From contig JAWAHN010000001.1 in the NCBI GenBank assembly GCA_038889235.1, positions 944,499 through 976,498 of the forward strand: a stretch of DNA of 32,000 nt, written 5' to 3'. The DNA comes from Candidatus Jordarchaeales archaeon. Lineage in GTDB: Archaea > Asgardarchaeota > Jordiarchaeia > Jordiarchaeales > Freyrarchaeaceae. The notes below the pieces were generated by a model. It made no database searches. It was given only the letters and a program-made list of their open reading frames with translations, and was not told where the DNA came from. The position numbers were made by a program, and so were the translations under genes. Positions 26,499 through 32,000 of this stretch are shown here, piece by piece. Numbering within the stretch: the first letter of the stretch is position 1; every line of letters begins with the position of its first letter.

Positions 26499-27722
26499 CC
26501 TTCTTGCTCCATCATTATTTCATTGAATTCCATCACTTTGAGCTCTGCCGGCCTTTTGACCACATTTTCCTGGCGAACCCCAACAATCCACCTAGCACCC
26601 TTTTCTTGCGAAATGTCAATAAGTCTCTGCGTAACTATCCCGTCGAGAACTATGCCCCCGATTTTCTCATTAATGTTTCGAAGGTAATCTGCTAGCTCCG
26701 ATACTTCGACTTCTGCTACCATGTTAAGGTTCTCTCCAAGTATCCTTGCCTTACCAGTGTTGAAAATTGCTTTCGAGTGCTCAATCACTTCCTGCGGAAC
26801 CCTGCTCACTTTCTTAACAACTTGTTGTACTTTCTTTTCTTCACGTTTCTTCATTTGCTCTTGCTCGACTATTTGCTCGACGGGTACCTTGTTGTTCAAT
26901 GCTTTCACTATCTCTTTGAAAGTAAGGTCTTCGACCTCACGGCCAGGGGGTGCTCTAGCAATATAATCTATGTCCGCGACCTGCAGTAACTCTTTCAAAA
27001 TTAAGTCGCCGCCTCTGTCTCCATCCAGAAAAGCTGTTACTACTTTTTTCTTACTCAGCTCGATTATCGTTTTCGGGATGCTGGTTCCCTCTACCGCTAT
27101 GACGTTCTTGAAGCCGTGTTTTAACATATTAAGCACGTCAGCTCTACCTTCAACTATGATGATTTCGTCTGACGAGTCTATTTCTGGGCCTGCGGGCAGC
27201 CCTTCTTTTCCATATTTGCATATCTCCGCCGTTCTTACCGCTTCAAGGACCTTGTTGACTATCTGTTCTGTCTCTGGGGAAACCTCCTCCGGCCACCTTC
27301 TTAGAATTTCAACGGCCCGCTCAATAATCCTCTTTCGTTTACTTTCTCTAACATCCTCTATAGATTCAAATGTCACTTTAGCGCTGCATGGCCCTATTCT
27401 GTCAATAGTTTCGAGTGCCGCTGCAAGGATGGCTGTCTCAACTTTATCAAGACTTGAAGGAACAATTATCTCCCCTATAGCTTTACCTCCATGATACTCA
27501 AGTTCTGCCTTTATACGCCCTATTCTCCCCGTGCGTTGAAGCTCTCTTAGATCCATGTCAGATCCGAGAAGCCCCTCCAATTTGCCTACGTGAGCCGCGA
27601 CCGGCTCCACGTAATTGGCCGAATATTGCTCCTATGACATCGGGCTTCTCGACAACACCATTTACCTCTATTTTTGCTTTTATAATGTATTTTATCGTGC
27701 CGATATCATTTCGATCAGCCAT
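26495..27722 (-). CDS. dnaG: Archaeal DnaG (TOPRIM primase-like, exosome-associated), spliced: join(27722..27615,27580..26495), 397 aa
   Basis: Exon 1 [36 protein letters not shown] follows SD GGAGGTGA. Exon 2 [23 protein letters not shown]...IVEGRADV...FLDGDRGG. The two parts are in different frames. Confidence 0.92.
27581..27614 (-). other. BHB-like intron in dnaG mRNA (34 nt)
   Basis: TTACGTGGAGCCGGTCGCGGCTCACGTAGGCAAA. Helix GGCC/GGCA, bulges AA|T and AA|T, 11-bp inner hairpin. Confidence 0.85.
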
Positions 27723-27729
27723 ATAAATA

Positions 27730-27737
27730 TCACCTCC
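27730..27737 (-). promoter_or_regulatory. Shine-Dalgarno sequence of dnaG exon 1
   Basis: GGAGGTGA, 7 nt upstream of ATG 27722. Confidence 0.8.
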
Positions 27738-27839
27738 AATCTAATCAATAAAGTGGAAGCGGGAGGGCTTAACATCGAACTGATAAGTAAGTGTTGAAGA
27801 ACACATTAATCCTCCAAATTTCCGGTTTTTGATTAGTTT

Positions 27840-28238
27840 TTAGAGTTCTTCAAACAAGCTCTCCGTTTTAAAGTACATTTTGGCAAAGCCCTCCACGCAT
27901 GGTGTTATGTACGTTCTCAGCCTCCTTATTTTCTCTCTAAAGTAAGTTGTTAAATTGCTGGCGTCTATCATATAAGATAAGATTGTCGCTGCTAGTCTTT
28001 CTCCCTCTTTATCGAAGTCGGTCAGAATTATAACTTCTCTACCTCTGTTTCTCTCGACTATTTCGTGTATTTTTACACCCGAGATTGTTATTATTGGGCC
28101 TCTAAATCCTATCTTCCTCAGACTGTCTCTATCTTTTTTACCCTCAACTATAAGTGTAACTCCTCTCTCTGAGTATTCTTTTATCTCGTCCAAGATTTCT
28201 TTGAACATTTCTAAAGGGTCATTTTGGGTCAAGGCCAC
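27840..28238 (-). CDS. Small TOPRIM-domain protein (primase-related / RNase M5-like)
   Basis: IVEGKKD..SL and ILTDFDKEGE TOPRIM motifs. Confidence 0.85.
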   Translation of the reverse strand: MALTQNDPLEMFKEILDEIKEYSERGVTLIVEGKKDRDSLRKIGFRGPIITISGVKIHEIVERNRGREVIILTDFDKEGERLAATILSYMIDASNLTTYFREKIRRLRTYITPCVEGFAKMYFKTESLFEEL

Positions 28239-28507
28239 CTTCTCCTGCTTCCTAGGTTGTATTTGTTAAGAGGTAAATGTTGCTGTCTTTTTACATTTTT
28301 GAAGAATATTTTTCTCGAATCGATTATTAAATATAGCGTTCTGAAATTAACCCGTGTCTGGAGTCACACGCTCATCCAGTACTGATAAAAAAAAGCAAAT
28401 ATTTACCTTTTTATTTTTCTAATTCTGACAGTGTCCAGAGCAGTTGACAGGTGGTGTGAGGTATTACTTGGAATGAAGAAAACCGAGGCAAGCGTGCGAT
28501 TCTTTGC

Positions 28508-29647
28508 ATGTTGAAAACTAACCCTCACGATCACGTGCTCTTCAAAATATACTTGAATGAGCTTGAAAAGCTAGCGGTTAGTGCTGGTTTCCAGGTAGTT
28601 GAAAAAATTGTTCAGACAAGGATTAAGCCAAAGACCAATTTTCTAATTGGCCGTGGAAAAGTTAACGAACTTAAAGACCTTATTAAAGAAAAAAACATTG
28701 ATTACGTTATCTTTTACAACTCCCTTTCTAGTAAGCAGAAGCTTTCCCTCTCGATGGAACTAGGATGCACAGTCATTGACCGGTACGAGCTTACCCTCAT
28801 AATTTTTGAGAAATCTGCACAGGACAATGTTTCAAAGCTACAGATAGAGTACGCTTGGCTTCAAAAGCTCGCACCGTATTTCAAGCTTGAAGCGGCACTT
28901 AAATACCGTGGTGAACACCCCTTCTTCCGTTCTATGGGCGAATACGCGTTCCAAAGGAAAATTAACGCAATTAAGAAGAGAGAGAAGAATATTAGGATGT
29001 CCATCGAGAAACTTGTCTGGGAGCGTCTTCGGCAGATAGAAGAGCGCAAAAAGCTCGGCATACCAACAATAGTTTTGACAGGCATGTATAACGCTGGAAA
29101 AACAGCGCTTTTTAATGCTATTTGTGGGTGCAATAAACCTGTCTCTGACGCACCTTTCACAACTCTCTCAAGTAAGTATTGGTTGAGTGAGGTTGAATCG
29201 CAAAAAATGTTCTTCGTGGACACTATAGGGTTCGTCATTGACTTAGACCCCTTAATCATAGATTCATTTAAGATAAACCTGCTTGACTTGAAATACGCTG
29301 ATCTAGTGGTGCTCTTGTTAGCTTTAGATGACCCGCCAGAAATTATTAAACTCAAATTTAAGGAATCCCTAAAAATACTTAGCAGTATCGGCGTTGAAAG
29401 AAGTCGAATTGTCATAGCACTAAGTAAAGCAGACTTACTTGACGAAGAAAAACGTGAAGCGCTATCCTCACTTCTAACCCCAGCTTTAGATGGGTTCGCG
29501 TGGTGCTTTGTTTCAGCTAAAAAGAAAGAATATTCTTCGTTGCTCTCTATAATAACGAGGAAGCTTCAAGAACTCAGCGCATCGAAAGGTGGTCTTCACC
29601 AGCCGACTCAATATGTGCCTCCAATATCCACACCAAACCCCTCGTAA
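28508..29647 (+). CDS. hflX: HflX-family GTPase, divergent; true start may lie upstream (about 28463-28468)
   Basis: ELEKLAVSAG, IGRGKV, VIDRYELTLIIF, G1 GMYNAGKT, G2 FTT, G3 DTIG, G4 SKAD. Confidence 0.85.
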   Translation: MLKTNPHDHVLFKIYLNELEKLAVSAGFQVVEKIVQTRIKPKTNFLIGRGKVNELKDLIKEKNIDYVIFYNSLSSKQKLSLSMELGCTVIDRYELTLIIFEKSAQDNVSKLQIEYAWLQKLAPYFKLEAALKYRGEHPFFRSMGEYAFQRKINAIKKREKNIRMSIEKLVWERLRQIEERKKLGIPTIVLTGMYNAGKTALFNAICGCNKPVSDAPFTTLSSKYWLSEVESQKMFFVDTIGFVIDLDPLIIDSFKINLLDLKYADLVVLLLALDDPPEIIKLKFKESLKILSSIGVERSRIVIALSKADLLDEEKREALSSLLTPALDGFAWCFVSAKKKEYSSLLSIITRKLQELSASKGGLHQPTQYVPPISTPNPS

Positions 29648-29763
29648 ATTATAAATTCAATTTTAAAAGACTCTTTAACGAACCCTGGGTTGCTAAATAC
29701 CACATATTCGGAGCCATTGACTCCGCCTATCTCACTCTAACCCCGTTTACGAGGTGAATAAAT

Positions 29764-31404
29764 TTGAGCAAAGAATCTTTCCGGCATTGGGTTGATGACA
29801 TTGTAACTGGCTTGCTTAGTTATTGGGGTGACATTAATCATTACGTTTGCAACTGCGGTCTATCCGTTTCAGGACTGCAACACATAGGAAGGCTAAGGGG
29901 CGAAATAATTCTCACCAATACCGTAAAAGAGGAGTTAAAGCGTAAAGGGTATGAAGCGAAGCACTCTCTTGTCCTATACACCCAAGATCAATGGAAAGGT
30001 AAGGAGTCCCAGCTCCAAGTTTTTCAGGACAGAGAGTTTGCAAAATCTTTAGTTGGGAGACGCCTGGTTGATGTTCCAGACCCTCAGGAATGTCATGAAA
30101 ATTGGGTTAAACACTTCTGGGAGCCTTTCGGTAACTATCTAGATGAGTTTGCAATTGAAGTAGAAGTGGTGTCTACAACAGAACTTTACAAGAAAGATGA
30201 ACTAAAGTCGCTTGTCAAAGAAGTCTTCCTAAGACCTGACGAGATAAGAAAACTAGTCAACAAGTACAGAGGGCGTAAACCATACCCTGAAGGGTGGATA
30301 CCTTTCGAAGCCCTCTGCAATAAGTGCAAAGTCATAGGCGGTCATCGCATTCTGAATTTCGACCTCGCATCCTACCGCGTCGAGTACGAATGCAGCAACT
30401 GTGGGGACCGCGGCTGGTCTAGGATAGAAGATGGAAAACTTAATTGGAGAGTTGAGTGGGCGGCTTTATGGGTTGCTTTAAACGTTAACTTTGAGCCTTA
30501 TGGAAAAGACCACGCGACGCCCGGTGGCTCAAGAGATAGCTGTGTCGAGATAGTTCAAAAGTTCTTCAATAAACGACCTCCTTACGGCACACCTTACGAA
30601 TGGGTCGCCCTAGCTTATGCTGGAAAGGAGATCGGAGATATGGGGTCCAGTGACTTCATGGGAATTACCCCTGAAGACTGGCTTCTAATAGCCGAACCAG
30701 AGGTGTTGAGATACCTTTGCCTGAAAAATAAGCCTATGCGCAGAATGGTTATAGATCCGACAAAGGTTCCCGAGTACTCTGACATATACGACCACGCAGA
30801 GCGCGTCTTCTACGGGCTTGAAGAGGTCGAACAGGAGAAAGAAAAGTTCGAAATCATAAGAAGCTATGAGCTATCCCAATTACGGCCTCCACCGGAAGAG
30901 ATCCCCCTCCAACTCAAATACGGTCATGCTGTAACGCTCGTCCAAGTGCTCCCTGAAGGTTTCTCCCTCCAGAGTGCCATTAAACGGCTTAGGAGTACTG
31001 GGCTGATAAAGAGGGATCAGCTCAGTGAGTTAGATATCAAAAGAATCGAGAGCCGCCTAAGAAGAGCGAAAAACTGGGTTGCAAAATACGCCCCAGAACA
31101 CCTAAAAATCCAAATACTCAAAACTTTACCCCCAGAAATCAAAGAGTCCCTTTCTGTCGAGCAGAAAAATGCACTAAAAACCCTATCCCGCCTGCTCTCC
31201 TCGAGAACACTATTCACAGAAGAAGAATTAGAAAAAGAGCTTTACCAAATAGCCAAAGAAGAAAGCGGTTTGGGCTCTCGCGTATTTTTCAAAACGATAT
31301 ACCGGGTGTTACTCGGTAAGGATCAAGGGCCAAGACTTGCTCCATTCCTCTTGCTCTTAGAGAGAAAATGGGTCATCGACAGACTTGAAGAAGCTGCAAG
31401 TTAA
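29764..31404 (+). CDS. lysS: Class I lysyl-tRNA synthetase
   Basis: SVSGLQHIG, CNKC/CSNC Zn knuckles, KLNWRVEW, GKDH, GPRL. TTG start after GAGGTGA. Confidence 0.95.
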   Translation: MSKESFRHWVDDIVTGLLSYWGDINHYVCNCGLSVSGLQHIGRLRGEIILTNTVKEELKRKGYEAKHSLVLYTQDQWKGKESQLQVFQDREFAKSLVGRRLVDVPDPQECHENWVKHFWEPFGNYLDEFAIEVEVVSTTELYKKDELKSLVKEVFLRPDEIRKLVNKYRGRKPYPEGWIPFEALCNKCKVIGGHRILNFDLASYRVEYECSNCGDRGWSRIEDGKLNWRVEWAALWVALNVNFEPYGKDHATPGGSRDSCVEIVQKFFNKRPPYGTPYEWVALAYAGKEIGDMGSSDFMGITPEDWLLIAEPEVLRYLCLKNKPMRRMVIDPTKVPEYSDIYDHAERVFYGLEEVEQEKEKFEIIRSYELSQLRPPPEEIPLQLKYGHAVTLVQVLPEGFSLQSAIKRLRSTGLIKRDQLSELDIKRIESRLRRAKNWVAKYAPEHLKIQILKTLPPEIKESLSVEQKNALKTLSRLLSSRTLFTEEELEKELYQIAKEESGLGSRVFFKTIYRVLLGKDQGPRLAPFLLLLERKWVIDRLEEAAS

Positions 31405-31452
31405 CAAAACACCGCTTCCCGTTTCAAACCTACCATCCGGGAGGCTCAGCGC

Positions 31453-32000
31453 ATGTTAGGTAAGATCAAAAAACTCGTAACCTCCCTCTTCAACCCCTTA
31501 GCTCTTTTTCTGATTCGGTTAGGTATAACTCCAAACTATATTACAATTTTAGGGCTCTTTTTGTCTGCCTTATCCGCCATTTTCATTCTAGGAGGACACT
31601 TGGACGTGTTGTTCCACATAAGTGAATCCACTCGATTGGTCACTGCAGCCGTCCTACTACTCTTCTCTGGTTTTTGCGATCTACTCGACGGACTGGTTGC
31701 TAGACTGGGGAGCATGGAGACTCCTTTTGGCGGTTTCTTTGACTCGGTTTTAGACAGGTACTCTGAAGTCTTTTTTATAACCGCACTAATTTGTGCAGGA
31801 TACTGCTCAATTCTATGGGGACTGCTGGCACTGTCAGGATCCCTGCTTGTAAGCTATGCGAGGGCTAAATGTGAAGTTGCAGGACTACCTGGAGTTGGAG
31901 TGGGGATAGCTGAACGACCAGAAAGATTGCTAATACTTGGTGGCGCCACATTTATGCAAGGCTTTTTTTATCCGGGCAAACTCGCTTTTGCCCCATATAT
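31453..32000 (+). CDS. CDP-alcohol phosphatidyltransferase (archaetidyl-inositol/-glycerol phosphate synthase type); 3' truncated, absent from ORF track
   Basis: My translation from ATG 31453: ITPNYIT..., CDLLDGLVAR, FGGFFDSVLDRYSE, SYARAK, GIAERPER. Confidence 0.9.
   Translation, partial: MLGKIKKLVTSLFNPLALFLIRLGITPNYITILGLFLSALSAIFILGGHLDVLFHISESTRLVTAAVLLLFSGFCDLLDGLVARLGSMETPFGGFFDSVLDRYSEVFFITALICAGYCSILWGLLALSGSLLVSYARAKCEVAGLPGVGVGIAERPERLLILGGATFMQGFFYPGKLAFAPY

Noticed and set aside
26495-27722. dnaG or the pflX-like gene as pseudogenes or sequencing-error frameshifts
   Set aside because: The disruptions are 28- and 34-nt hairpins with splice-motif geometry, not 1-nt indels, and both flanks are intact with conserved motifs and start signals.
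28330-28390. C/D box sRNA suggested by two CTGA motifs
   Set aside because: No convincing RTGATGA C or C' box at suitable spacing.
31588-31650. In-frame BHB intron in the phosphatidyltransferase (apparent extra loop HLDVLFHISESTR)
   Set aside because: Only a 5-bp hairpin and no helix-bulge geometry. My scan for in-frame introns elsewhere was by eye and could miss cases.
1-32000. CRISPR arrays, transposases/integrases and the many short antisense ORFs in the track
   Set aside because: No regularly spaced repeats or mobile-element proteins were seen. The short ORFs lie opposite well-supported genes and have no recognisable motifs.

Overview
Archaeal core-genome window of housekeeping genes: cdc6 (partial), PolD small subunit DP1, PhoU/AbrB regulator, MoxR-VWA pair, LysR, tRNA-Leu, FAU-1, UPF0147/UPF0148, Hef, PRC-barrel protein, PUA/PAPS-reductase-like Fe-S protein, gcvH, coaD, pheS/pheT, isochorismatase, two convergent radical SAM genes, prs, Trm11, RNase Z, UPF0201/UPF0200, AAA ATPase, dnaG, small TOPRIM protein, hflX, class I lysS and a CDP-alcohol phosphatidyltransferase (partial). 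PolD plus full-length Hef argues against the classical Crenarchaeota orders; the lineage cannot be fixed without a search. No mobile element or CRISPR array was seen. The main result is five small bulge-helix-bulge (BHB)-type introns read directly from the sequence. Two lie in protein-coding genes and explain apparent frameshifts: 28 nt in a PflX-like radical SAM gene (19515-19542) and 34 nt in dnaG (27581-27614, minus strand). Three lie at non-canonical positions in one tRNA-Leu(CAG) (6464-6601), where a 5-nt micro-exon implies ordered splicing. There is also a candidate ~120-nt structured ncRNA (18861-18984) and a metal-ligand substitution in the DP1 exonuclease site. All splicing, expression and folding claims are hand predictions and need RNA data. 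Several ORF-track starts were moved to the codon preceded by a Shine-Dalgarno (SD)-like sequence.
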